DNA from: the human T2T-CHM13v2.0 reference genome, Homo sapiens
Length of the DNA: 64,000 bases
Reading direction: 5' to 3' (one strand)
NCBI RefSeq assembly: GCF_009914755.1
Contig: NC_060925.1
Each line of letters starts with the position of its first letter. Position 1 is the first letter of the stretch. The notes below the pieces were generated by a model. It saw only the letters and a list, made by a program, of their open reading frames with translations. It was not told where the DNA came from and searched no databases. Positions 20,202 through 38,486 of the stretch are shown here, piece by piece. Made by a program: the position numbers and the translations under genes.

Positions 20202-20330
20202 CATTGTCAAATACTTACCACACATAACCAAAGTTAGCGACTATCAGTTAAGAGTAGATTGCAGGGGGAAATTTTTTTTTCAGTGTGGCTCCAAATGATT
20301 AAAATCCCCAGTCAGCTGTAACCAAGTGAA
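20202..20330 (-). other. LRRC39: LRRC39 non-coding exon 1 (TSS position approximate)
   Basis: Unique sequence with two TG|gtaagt donors (exon ends 20219 or 20202) next to muscle TF motifs. Confidence 0.7.
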
Positions 20331-20420
20331 ATGTAATGTCAGCCTAGTTCTAATTTTAGTTCATGGACAAAGCTGAGAATAGAAAGAATCACATGAGGCT
20401 TCTTTGCGACGGATCAGCTG
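20290..20420 (-). promoter_or_regulatory. Candidate LRRC39 muscle promoter (MEF2 + E-boxes)
   Basis: CTAATTTTAG at 20350-20359 matches CTA(A/T)4TAG; CAGCTG at 20313-20318 and 20415-20420; CAAGTG at 20323-20328. Confidence 0.65.
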
Positions 20421-21477
20421 ATAATGTATGTGAGTGCATTCTGTGGACTGCAAAATACGCTACAGACATTATAAAACTATCAGGCATAACTATTTATAAG
20501 ATCTTGAAAAATAATGCCTATTCAAAGTCCTTCTACTTTTCACAGCTTAATCATTTCACAGAATTTCATGCATCTATTCCATCCAAGCAGAGAAACTTGG
20601 AATATGTTGATGTATGCCACAACAAAAATTCTACCCAGTAAACCATGGATCTGCAAATATTTGAACTAAAGACCCAGATGCTTTAGAAAAAGAAAAAATA
20701 AAGGTGTGGATAAGCATGAGTAACACAGAAGCCCCAAACTTCTGCTGTACCTGGGCTTCAAATTAAATTACCTCTCACTTTGATCTCTTCAGCTTTCATA
20801 GATAGGACTTAATTCCAGGTTCTTAAAAAATAAACTATATCTTTTTTTGAATTTATAATATATGCACATGGAACAGAATTCAAAAGCTCAATCTCCACTC
20901 TCTCCATCCCCCACCCCTTCCACCATCCCTGCCTCCAGTAGGGAGGTTCTCTTCAAGTTCTCTTCTCTGAAGGCAACCACTATTGCCAGTTCTTTGTGTA
21001 CCTTTACAAAGATGGTCTATGAATTTACGAGCTTAAATATGCCTATATCCCTTAAAAGCACACATATGTGAAGGCATGCACACATACAAAAATGGTAGCA
21101 TACTATATACATTGTTCTATACTGTCTTTTCTTCACTCAGGATATCTTGGAAACTGTTTCATATTAGTATATTTAGAGCAGCGTCATTCTTTTTAATGGC
21201 TACATAGCAGTTTAGCGTGTAGGTGGATCATAATTTATGTAGTCATTTGGACATCTCAGCAATATTAATGCTTTAAAAATTTATGCCTGATTATCTCACA
21301 GAAATTCTCCAACACTTCTATAATGAATTAAGTTCTAAGAGTTGTGGGACTGCTCAAGATCACAGAAAGAGTAAAGAAGCCATGGCCACAATTGAAACTC
21401 TAACTTCCCTGTCCCGAGAGTGTACACCACCCAACACATACAGAGTGCTTGCATGTGTTCATAAGTAAAAATCAAGA

Positions 21478-21583
21478 TCTCACACCTGTAATCCCAGCAC
21501 TTTGAGAGGCCAAGATGGTAGGATCACTTGAGCCCAGGAGCTGGAGACCAGCCTGAGCAACAGAGTGAGACCCTGTATCTACC

Positions 21584-21614
<31 letters not shown>

Positions 21615-21835
21615 AAAGTAGCCAGGCATGGTGGCCCTGTCTCCATAAAAATAAAAATAAATAAAATAAAATAAAACTAGCCAGGTGTAGTGGTGTGTAT
21701 ATGTAGTCTCAGCTACTTGGGAGACTGAGGTGGGAGGATACCTTGAGCCAGGGAGGTCAAGCTGTGATGGTGCCACTGCACTCCAGCCTGGGCAACAGAG
21801 CCTTCCTTGTCTGAAGAAAAAAAAAAAAAAAAGAG
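21478..21835 (+). mobile_element. AluJ pieces with duplicated middle segment
   Basis: Left arm, long A run, repeated ccctgtctcc-A-rich-agccagg, right arm. Confidence 0.7.
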
Positions 21836-22724
21836 AGAGAGAGAGAGACAGATCCAGGGAGTTTTGTTTCAGTTAAAAAGAACAGTATATTGTTACCTTG
21901 GAGAAAATTAAGATTTCTTTCTGCCTTTGGCACTACGTACAATTAAATTTTAATTTGACAGTATTTATAGAGAACCCACAAATTTCAAGGCATCTCTCTT
22001 CTCCTTCCCTTATCTACCTTTTATTTCCCATCCCCATGGAGTGACTTACACTAAAGAAATGCCCGGGAGGATAGGGAAAGTGAATAGATGCCTGAGCTAT
22101 TTATGACACAAATTAGCCAGAATTTTGGTGACTTTGGAGGGATGTAGAAAGTGAATGCAAAGAGACAGGCACTATATAATGAATATCTATCTGTCATTTA
22201 CGACTGTCCAAAATATTTTGAACACCATCCACATTTTTATAATCCCCCACATCATGAATCCTACCTTTCCAAGGTAGAATTTGAGGGGGAAAAGAAATCC
22301 CAGCCTCCCCTGCTACTGGAATGGGGTATGTGACTAATTTTATACACTACTAAGGTTCCACTAATTATATACACCAACAAAGGGCTCTGTTGGGTGACTT
22401 GTGTCGCTGGTGTCCATTTTTGCTGGCATGGGTAGCAGCAAAAGCAGTATGTTCTGGGGTTTGTTTTGGCAGCAAAAGTTGCCTAGCCTCAGCAGATGTA
22501 GCTGGTTCTGGGATCAGCAGCAGCAACTCCCTTACTAGGCAAGTACTGTAATGTAATTCTGGAATTCTGACAAAGGCTACGACATGGATGATTCTTGAGG
22601 ACATTATGCTAAGTAAGCCAGTTACAAAAGGACAAATAAAAAATTATGGAGATAGATGGTGGTGATGGTTGCACAATATTATGAATGTGTTTAATACCAC
22701 TGAACTGTACACTTAAAAATGATC

Positions 22725-23071
<347 letters not shown>

Positions 23072-23084
23072 TTATCACACAGAA

Positions 23085-23170
23085 TACACTCTATGTTGTT
23101 CTCACAATGGCAAAATCACCAAATGACGTATTTCTCAGAATGTATCCCCATCATTAAGTGGTGAATGACA
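23085..23170. mobile_element. Tigger3/MER47-type terminal fragment
   Basis: tttctcagaatgtatccccatcattaagtggtgaatgac resembles the Tigger3 TIR. Confidence 0.55.
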
Positions 23171-23597
23171 ATATTCTGGATATTAATCTCTTATTAGATA
23201 TAATACTTGCAAATATTTTCTCCCATTCTGTGGGTTGCCTTTTTACTCTCTTAATAGTGTCTTTTGATGCACAAATTTAAAAAATTTTATGATATCCAGT
23301 CTGTCTTTTTTTTAAGAGACAGGGTCTCACTCTGTTACCCAGACTGAAGTGCAGTGGCGCAATCATAGCTCACTGTAATCTTGAACCCCCGGCCTCAAGC
23401 AATCCTCCCACTTCTGTTTCCCAAAGTACTGGGATTATAGGCCTGATCCACTTCACCTTTTCTTCTGTGGCCTGTGCTTTTGATGTCTTATCCAATAAAT
23501 CATTGCCAAATCCAATGCTGTGAAGCTTTTCACCTATGTTTACTTCTTAGAGTTTTATAGTTTTGGATCTTACATTTAGGTCTTTGATCTGTTTTGA

Positions 23598-23888
<291 letters not shown>

Positions 23889-23974
23889 TTGAGTTAATTT
23901 TTATACATGGTATTGGGTAAGGGTCTGTCTTAGTCTGCTCAGGCTGCTATAAAAAAATTTTGAAATAGGTAGTT

Positions 23975-27250
<3,276 letters not shown>

Positions 27251-27283
27251 GGTAATTCCTTTTTTTTTTTTTTTTTTTTTTGA

Positions 27284-27580
<297 letters not shown>

Positions 27581-28371
27581 TAAATGACAGAATTTATTGC
27601 TCATAGTTCTGGAGGCTGGGAAGTCCAAGATCAAGGCACCAGCAGATTTGGTGTTTGGCAAGGGTGTATTCCTCATAGGTAGTACTTTCTCCCTGTATCC
27701 TCACAGGTGAAACAAGCTCCTTCAGGGCCTCTTTTATAAGGACACTAATCCCATTTATGAAGGCAATGTCCTTATGATCTAATTATCTCCCAAAAGCCCC
27801 ACTTCTTAATACCATCACCTTGGGGATTAGGTTTCAATGTATGAATTAATGGGGGGGACACAACATTCAGACCATAGCAGGGTCCAACTTCATTCTTTTG
27901 TATTCTTCATTCTAGTGTTCCCAGCACCACTTGCTGAAAAGACTGTTCTTTCCCCTTTCACAAGAGTGTGAATTGTCTTGGCACCCTTGTCAGAAAAACA
28001 TTTGACCATATATGTGAGGGTTTATTTCTGGGCCTCTATTCTATTCCATTGGTCTTTATGTCTGTCTTTATGCCAGTACTACACTGTTGTGAACACCGAT
28101 ACTCCTTTATGTGGAAATCTTCCAGGTAAGGTTGGGTGGATGGATGTGTGTGTGTCTGTGTGTCTATGCAAGGAAAACTCTTAAATAACAGACTGTACAC
28201 TTGCCAAATGTTAATGGGTCATTCTTCTCCATATTTTGAGATTTATATTAGAAAGTTATGGCTACATCCTAACTTGAACCACTTGGTCTCACAAAACAGA
28301 GACTGTTTCTAAGGAGAGGTGGGGAATGTTGGTGGACACCAAATGTCTTTCCCCTGGACCTTAAACTCTGA

Positions 28372-28706
<335 letters not shown>

Positions 28707-28906
28707 ACAGTTTCAATCTTTTAATACCTTAAATATTTAAGTTACTAAAATAGCTAAGAAAAATTGTTCATTTTAAGTGCTAATTATTCCCTTTTCTTTT
28801 TTCTATTATTAAATATGTATTTTATGAATAAAAAGTTAATGTTTTTAACTAGGAATTAAAATGTACTTCTGATTTTTAGGTTTGTTTTGTGCCAGTTGTC
28901 ATTTTT

Positions 28907-28908
<2 letters not shown>

Positions 28909-28941
<33 letters not shown>
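28909..28941. repeat. (CA)n microsatellite
   Basis: About 16 perfect CA units. Confidence 0.95.
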
Positions 28942-28944
<3 letters not shown>

Positions 28945-29032
28945 CACACACCCCACCATCAACACCACCACCACCGTCGTTTCTGTAAACCAATCAACAG
29001 TGGAGACACTAGAGACTATTATATGAAAACTG

Positions 29033-29038
29033 TTTATT
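29033..29038 (-). terminator. DBT: Distal DBT polyadenylation signal (AATAAA)
   Basis: tttatt on + strand; followed on - strand by GU-rich sequence (tgttgattggttt...ggtggtggtgttg) and a (TG)n tract; distance from stop fits the recalled ~9.3 kb 3'UTR. Confidence 0.65.
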
Positions 29039-29629
29039 CTATAGCCTACTGGGAATTGGCCAGAAGTTAGAAGGACATTGGAAATGACTTTTAAATCTCC
29101 ATTTGAGAAAAAGCATGCCATGAGTCTAAATAACCAATTTCATTTAGCAAACAAAATACAAGTAAACAAAACACAACTTCTCTGATGAATGAAGTGGTTA
29201 CCATATTTTTTCCCATTGTGTAAAGATAGTTCTCATATGAAATATATCACCTAAGCAGTAGTAATCAGAATATTCTGCAAACTTATTGGGGGTAATTTAA
29301 ACCCCAAATCGGAAGAATAGAATAAAAGACATAAAAGTCTTTCTTCAAAAGAAAAACAAAACAAAACAAAAAACAATACCCCTTCGGTGTCAAATGATAC
29401 AGAAATGGCACTGGTTTCCTATATGTTGACTGAGATACTTTTTACTGCATAGCAAATTAAAAAGATATGCTCATCCCACTTTTATTTTTATGCACTACTT
29501 TTAGTTCTGCAGAAATAAAAGCTATACTGAATTTAAAACTTTTTACACACATAATCCTGTGCAAACTATGTAATACTTTGTTTGTAGGATATTAACCCAA
29601 CTTTCTAATATATTTTGTATATGTCTCTT

Positions 29630-29843
29630 TTTGTTTATTTGAGACAAAGTCTCACTCTGTCACCCAGGCTGGAGTGCAGTGGTGCAATCACAGCTCACTG
29701 CAGCTTCGACCTCCTGGGCACAGGTGATCTCACTTCAGCTTCCCGAGTAGCTGGGACCACAGGCGTGCACCACCAGGCCTGGCTAACTTTTTGTATTTTT
29801 TTTTTTTTTTTTGTAGAGACGAGGTTTTACCATGTTGCCCATG
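29630..29843 (-). mobile_element. AluJ (truncated) in DBT 3'UTR
   Basis: Right arm plus part of left arm. Confidence 0.8.
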
Positions 29844-31153
29844 TGGGATATTTTGTATACATTTCAAAAGGCAACTACAAAAATTGGTTTTTCATATTTC
29901 TACAAATATTTTATGGAATGTTTAATATCTTGTAAATGTGGAAGCTGTGACAAATTTTTGTATTTAGAAAGTATGACAATCTGAAAATCAACATTTTACA
30001 GAAGTGACACCATTCTGTTGAAACTGGAGTATACTGCACTTATATATCATTATTTCTAATATACACCTAGTTATTAGAGAAATTAGTGCACTAAAGGACA
30101 GTGGTGGTTTTTAAAAATGATTTCTTCACTGTGGCAAGTTTGTCCTCCTCTGTCCAAAGCAACAATTGAACCAACAGGCCCTTCTAATCTTATGCCAGCA
30201 ACACAATGGGATCGAGGCCAGGTTCTTGTGCAATTTGTGAAACCTTTGGTTTGCAGAGTTGTTAGCGTAGTGGCTCGGCTCATCAGCTCTGAGCATTTGA
30301 ATATCTAATGTTTCAAACTGTTAGTCCTGTTCTGATTTATATTCATCCCTGCCATTCCTATTAACTTAATTACACCTGCCCACAACTTAATTTACTTGCC
30401 TTTGTTACTACAGTTTGAACTCCAGCTACATTTTTCTAAGAAATTAAATTGCTAGGTTTTTATAGCTGACTGCACTCTTAGAACTTCTCTACAGACTTTA
30501 TGATCTTTTTGGACTTTACTTTTTAGCACATCTTAGGAACTATTATGAAGTTTTCTCGCAGCACACTTGAAGTTAAATAGCTTTTTCCAAGTTTAATACA
30601 GTTTGATGGCTCTTCTCGGGGTGTAGATGAGTGGGGGCACTTACATTGCCCGTTGGAGGAGACTCTGCCTTCTGCTCAGCCAAAAATCAGTGTGAATCCC
30701 TTTGACTGTTCCATCTTTCCCCATATCAAACCTAAATTATTGATCTTCCACCTGTTCTCATTTCTTCTGTCCTGTCTCTTGTTGAGTCACAACAGCTGTT
30801 CCCCATGCTCTGCGTGGTAACATTCCACATGGTACTCCATAAAAGCCTGATATAGATGACCTCTCTATAACAGAACTGCAATTATTCTTGTCATGCTTCA
30901 GTTGTTTCTGTGGCTCTCCTCTGGACTCTCTCCAAATTCTCCTGCTCAGTTTTAGCAAGCTGGCCTGGAGTTCTCTCACACGGTCTGGCTAGCACAGTAA
31001 TTTGCTTGTGGTTAAAAGCCTTTGTGCTCAGTACTGAGACTGCCACATAATGAATTTTCATTTCCATTTTATTCTGAACTTGCAAACATCAGAGATTCGT
31101 GCTATCTTCAGTGTTTAAGTGGTAATGCCTTTTGTAAAATAAAGGAGGCTGCA

Positions 31154-31464
31154 GGCCAGGCACCGTGGCTCATGCCTGTAATCCCAAAGCTTTGTGAGGT
31201 GGAGGCGGGCAGATCACTTGAGGTCAGGAGTTCGAGACCAGCCTGGCCAACATGGCGAAACCCCATCTCTGCTAAAAATAGAAAAATTAGCCAGGCGTGA
31301 TGGTGCATGCCTGTAATCTCAGCTACTTGGGAGTTGAGGAATGAGCACTGTTTGAACCCAGGAGACGGAGGTTGCAGTGAGCAGAGCCGAGATCGCACCA
31401 CTGCACTCTAGTCGGGGTGACAGAGTGAGACTCCATCTCAAAAATTTAAAAAAAAAAAAAAAAA
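31154..31464 (+). mobile_element. AluS in DBT 3'UTR (opposite orientation to its neighbours)
   Basis: Full dimer. Confidence 0.85.
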
Positions 31465-31944
31465 GCCTGTGGTTATTTTGATGGGATAGCAAGGATAACA
31501 TGAACCATGTAAGGTTTGGCATAAATAGTTCATAGTTGACCTGGTCTGTCTGACTGTCTGAGATGTCACTGAGTCATTTGATGACCTTGAAATGCTAAAG
31601 CATTGGAATGAATGTCTGTAGATCAGGACAGAGGTGGGTTCAGAGAACTATTTAGGAGACATCTGGGTGGGAGTTGTGGCCAACACTGATTACAGGTGAG
31701 CACTGGGGAAAAAAGCCAGGATTGCAAGGAGTTAAAGATCACCCATTCAAGAAGTTTGGCAGAAGGAGCAAGACAGGAAATTTATTCATTTAGTGGCAGT
31801 CAGAGGTAACAATATAAGAAAAGCATTCTGAGTCTTCTTTTAGGCAAACTGAAATTTGCCATTAGAGAAGGGAGTTCTTTGTTTTTCGTTTGTTTTAGGG
31901 ACTATTTAAAAAATAAGAACATTTGTGTCTTATTAGTTAAGGCA

Positions 31945-32171
31945 GCACTATCCAATAGAATTTTCTGTGATGATGGAAACAGTCTACATCTGTGCTATCT
32001 GGTATGGTGCTATAAGCCACATGTAGCTATTTAAATTTAAATTTAATTAGTGTGGCTACTGAGCAATTGAAATGTGGCTAGTATATCTGAGTTGAATTTT
32101 GATTAATTAAAATTAAAATTAAAATTTAAATAGCTACATGTGGCTAGAGGCTACTGCATTAGACAGCTCAG
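31945..32171. mobile_element. MER3 (hAT-Charlie MITE)
   Basis: cagcactatccaatagaattttctgtgatgatggaa...ggctactgcattagacagctcag. Confidence 0.8.
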
Positions 32172-33837
32172 AGTTCGAGTTTTACTAACTAGACTTGCAG
32201 ATTAATCTCAAAATATTAATGTCTTAAAACAATAAGTGTATTATTCAACTATCACATCCAAACCAATTGGTGCTAGGGTGTAGGGAGGGGAGCATTCTGC
32301 TCTGCCTAGTCATTTGGAACACTGGCTCCTTCTATCTTGTGTGGTGCCATCTTCAACCTTGAAGGGTGCATGTTGGAGGGGAAGAGATAGAATATGAAGA
32401 ATCTCTTGAGAAGTGTTATGGGCCATGTCTGGAAATGGCCTACATTACTTCAACCCATATACCCATATTCTAATAGTTACAAATAAATGACATGGCTCTA
32501 CCTAACTGCAGGCTGAAAGAAAAGGAACAAGGTTTATGGACACATAACATTACCCTGCCACAATGAAATTTGTAGAGGTCTGGGATCAGTCTCTAATACC
32601 TCCTCCATAAGGAAATGGAAATAAATTTTAATCAGTGTGCTAAGGGAGTAAATCTGGTACAGTTCTGGATGTGAGGAAGAGACTGAAGGATCAAAGTGGG
32701 GCAATGGGGGTTCAACATGGGGCAGGGATCAGGAGGAAGAGATGGAATAAATAATAGAGGACAGAAAACAGTTGGTATTTGCTGATGGAGAACCACTTCT
32801 TGGAAAGAGAAACAAAAAGAAAGTGTGAGAATAGAAATTTTGAGGTGAAAAGGAGAGAAATTCAAGGTTCTTAGATTGAATCACTTTGTCTGCTCTGAGG
32901 TTATTTGCTTATTATGACAAGCCTGGGAAGACGTTTGGGTAGGTGCTTAAAATTAGAAGAAAAGACCCGAACAGGTACTGTAAAGAGTGCCTTGGGCATG
33001 CGCTGTAGAATTTGGAAGGCATTTGTTTCAGACTAATCTGGTAATCCAGATATTTCACAGAAAGTGTCATGTAAATTCAAATAGGTATCTTCTTTTTCTC
33101 TTGATAAATATTCCTGTGGTAAGCCATGGAGTTCTGTTAATCTTCTGTTTGACCAAATAACTAGGATTGGGAATTTTAACTTAACCTTTTACCTTTCACC
33201 ATAATTAAGGTGCCAGTATAAGAGTAGAGCATTAAAGCTAGTGAGTATATTAACACGCAAACATTTTAAGAAAAATCAGATGAATAGAGAATACTGAAGT
33301 TAGTAATTCACATTTTGACAGCATCAGTTGAACTGTCAGCATAACATGAAGTTTGAGAGTAGAATTATTTCTCAAATTAACATTGAACTTAAACTGGGAA
33401 GAAAATACAAATGTTTTTTGTTGGAGAAATTATAAAATCTTGGAATTGTAACAAACAGCTTCACAGTTTAATAGTATCTTATGTATTTGCCTTCCACTCC
33501 CTACTCTACTGCCACCTCAGCTTCCTCTCTATCCATGTCATTAAAGAACTCTCTTAGAAAAATTCATAATTTAACACGAACTGAGGTGGGATGGGGTGGG
33601 AAGGCAATGCCTTACTTTACATAGTTAACTTCCTTTTTAATCTGCCCATAAAAAAATTCTCCCAGATTCCCATTCTCGATCCATGTAGTTGAATGAGGAT
33701 GGCTGACTCCTAGGCTCCAAAGGTGACTAAGACTCAAGTGTGGACAGAGTATTCTATTCTCCTGCCCACACTGATGGGCACATGAACCAAGAAAGACAAA
33801 AGGTCTCCTGGGGGTGTGTGTATATATATGTGTGTGT

Positions 33838-33839
<2 letters not shown>

Positions 33840-33876
<37 letters not shown>

Positions 33877-34161
33877 CTTGCTCTGTCGCCCAGGCTGGAG
33901 CGCAATGGCACAATCTCAGCTCACGGCAGCCTTTGCCCCCAGATGCAAGTGATCCTGCCACCTCAGCCTCCTGAGTAGGTGGCACACAGGTGCATGTCAC
34001 TTCATCGGCCTAATTTTTTTTTTTTTTGGTATTTTTTGTTTTTTGGTTTTTTTGGTAGAGCTGGGGTCGCCCAGGCTGGTCTCAAACTCTGGACTCAAGA
34101 GGCCCACCCATTTAGGCCTCCCAAAGTGCTGGGATTATAGGCATGAGCCACTGTGTCCGGC
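33840..34161 (-). mobile_element. AluJ with (CA)n/(TG)n tail
   Basis: Dimer preceded by (CA)~16. Confidence 0.8.
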
Positions 34162-35662
34162 CTCTCTTGGTGATTTTGACTGGAAATGATGTGGGTTCAC
34201 ACACATGATCCAATCTCAAGAAAAGACAGTGTAGAGGGAAGGGGGTAAAACCACCATTAAGAACTGATTGGGAATATAGCTCAACTCTAAAAGCACTGCT
34301 CTTCTCTAGGTTATTGGCACAGACCCACTTCCAGTGATAGCTTTAATTATTGGCTAAAGCTTTTGCTGTGAGGGCAAAAACTTCATCTATCTAATTCACC
34401 TTTATCCATAATCTCTACCCTAGAGCCTGGAACTGAATATACAGTTAATAAATAAGTGCAGAATGAACTAACTAATCACTTACAGCCTGAATTTTACAAA
34501 TGCCTTTGAAGACTTCATGGAAACATTTGTATTCTTGGTACTGTAGGGCAGTGCTGAGCCCTGTCATTTCTTTCTTAAACCATAGTTTACTTAGAAATCA
34601 GCAAGGAAATCCATCAAGTGATTTTGGGGATCCACTTTGAGTGGGAAGCCATGAGAAATGCCCAAACAAGCCAGTGGGCTTTCCAGACTAAGAGCTATCA
34701 CTTTCACTCTTTCTACATAATCACTTCTTACATAGGTTTCAACATAAGGTACATTTTGATCTCTAAAATATAAATTCATACCAATTTTAGCTTCCATCCT
34801 CAGACTTCCTTTCCTGTTGTACTTCCTTTTCAAATATCAGAGGAATGCTCAAAATAATGAAAAGAGCCTTGATTTTCTTGCTGACCACTCGCAGCAATAA
34901 TTTTGGCTTCTCCCCCATGTACATATACCTTCTAATCTCCAGACATGTTAGTAAAGGACTTGAATTTTCTGGCTTTTCCACTTTAATTCCAACCTCTAGG
35001 AGTACAGCAAGAGCCTTTTCCTCCTCCCAAACACCCATCCCTTGCTTTGTAGAGCCTCATGGACCAGCACTGCCACTAAGGCTGCACTCCTGCCCCTTTG
35101 GCCCTCTTCAGGGAATCCTGCTATCCTAAGGGCCGTGCACACTGTAGGGAACAAATCCTTTGCTGAATTCTCAATGCATGAGACCAAAGAGAAGATAGTA
35201 ATACCCAAGGGTTGGAATAGAACCAGATAACTTAAGGGTTATTTGGGAATAGAGTATCTTGAGCCATTGATGCTGGACCTACATACTTACTTATTTCAGA
35301 ACTCCCTTCTCCTGGTTTTTCTATTCTTTAAGTGAGGAGGACATTTTTATTGATCATGTCATTATTCATTTAAAACTCAATAAATGCCTATCAATAGATA
35401 ATTGGTTAAATTATGGGACATCCATCTTCTGATCCTTCCAGATAAGATCGGTAACCTTTACTGGATGGCTCATAGCATCTGGGTTATTACCTACCAAGAA
35501 CAGTGTTTTATGCAGTTATTTAATATCTGTCTCCTTACTAGACTGTAAGCCCAATCAAGGAAGCATGAAGGTGGCTACTGTATGCTTAGAACCATGATTG
35601 GTATGGTAGATGTTTAATGTTTGAATGTATAATAAATGCATACAATGGAATACTATGCAGAC

Positions 35663-35964
35663 ATTTATTTATTTATTTATTTATTTAGAGACAGAGTCTC
35701 GCTCTATCACCAGGCTGGAGTGCAGTGGCTCAATCTTGGCTCACTGCAACCTCTGCCGCTGGGTTCAAGCAGTTCTCCTGCCTCAGCCTCCCGAGTAGGT
35801 GGACTACAGGCGCCTGCCACCGTGCCTGGCTGATTTTTGTATTTTCAATAGAGATGAGGTTTCACCATATTGGCCAGGCTGGTCTCGAACTCCTGACCTT
35901 GTGATCTACCTGCCTTGGCCTCCCAAAGTGGTAGGATTACAGGCGTGAGCCACCACACCCAGCC
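35663..35964 (-). mobile_element. AluS
   Basis: Dimer with (ATTT)n tail; TSD tatgcagMcattta. Confidence 0.85.
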
Positions 35965-36223
35965 TATGCAGCCATTTAAAGCATGACAATGTGGAATTGT
36001 TTATTGACATGTAAGGTTACCCATAATATAATGTTAAATTTTAAAAATCAAATAATAAAATAGTAGATATGCTATGATCATGTTTTAACAAAAAAGAATA
36101 GCCATACATACAGATAGATACATCAAAATGTTAATAGTGGTAAGATTATGAATGACTTTTTCTTTTATTGGTTAACTCTTTGTATTATCTGAAATTTTAC
36201 AACAACAGCATTTATTTGACCTG

Positions 36224-36879
<656 letters not shown>

Positions 36880-37651
36880 TGAGAAAAACCAAGTAGATAT
36901 TAAAACAACCTTTTTTCTGTCACAAAACTTCACTTAAACAACTAATTTTGGCATACAGTTTTCAACTGGACAATATTAGAAACAACATGGATTTCCGAAT
37001 GCAAATTGAAATGTTGGATACATTCATCTCGTTGCTATTTCTGATTAAAGTAGACCTTTAACAAAATGATCATTATGAAACCTTCATTTCTATACAAAAT
37101 TTCTTATTTTTTATATCCATAATTACTATTAGACTCTTCCTTCTCCTCTTATTTACATTCTTACCCAGGATATGGAGAATGGAATAGACCTTAATTTCTT
37201 ATCCTATTTTTTAGCTGAAGACCAAAAAAGTTAAAAGGAAGTAGACTTCTCAAATTTTTTTTAAAAAAAGAAATGTCAGTGGCTGCTACATTTAAAGTAC
37301 CTTCCTTACATGAGGGAAGTTTGCAAAGGTGAAGGTCTTCCCCAAGAAAATACCAAAGCATTACCACAAATCTAAAACTATATCCATTTTAAACAAACAC
37401 CTTTAATAGACTGGTTATAAAACTATAATTGGACAATTTTAAGGCCAGTTTATACTTTTCCCTTTTCAAAGACATTAATTAATATAAATAAGACACTATC
37501 AGATGATATTCTCTATACAGAGCAAGAATATACTCTTGGATATCTCAAAAGAGAAGTATAATTGCACTTATTTCATACAACAATTAGCATAATAACGGAA
37601 ATGGAAAATATTTTTGTATATAAATTCCATTTCTTAATTAAGTAAAATTAA

Positions 37652-38107
<456 letters not shown>

Positions 38108-38318
38108 TAAAATGTGACAGCCCCAGGAGAACCATTACACCATTATTCATTTTCAGTAAAAAGTCTAATAGAACAGTGACAAATATTGTGCCTTAGATCC
38201 TTAATCATACGATACAAATCATTTACAATATAAATTGTAAAGATGAACATGTGCTGGCACAGCTAGGGTTTACATACTCTTTGGAAGCTCAAAAAGTTCA
38301 AGAATGTCTTATCAGTCT

Positions 38319-38486
<168 letters not shown>

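Noticed and set aside
30758-31085. Minus-strand 64-73 aa ORFs as a hidden gene
   Set aside because: Short, no recognisable homology and no convincing exon structure
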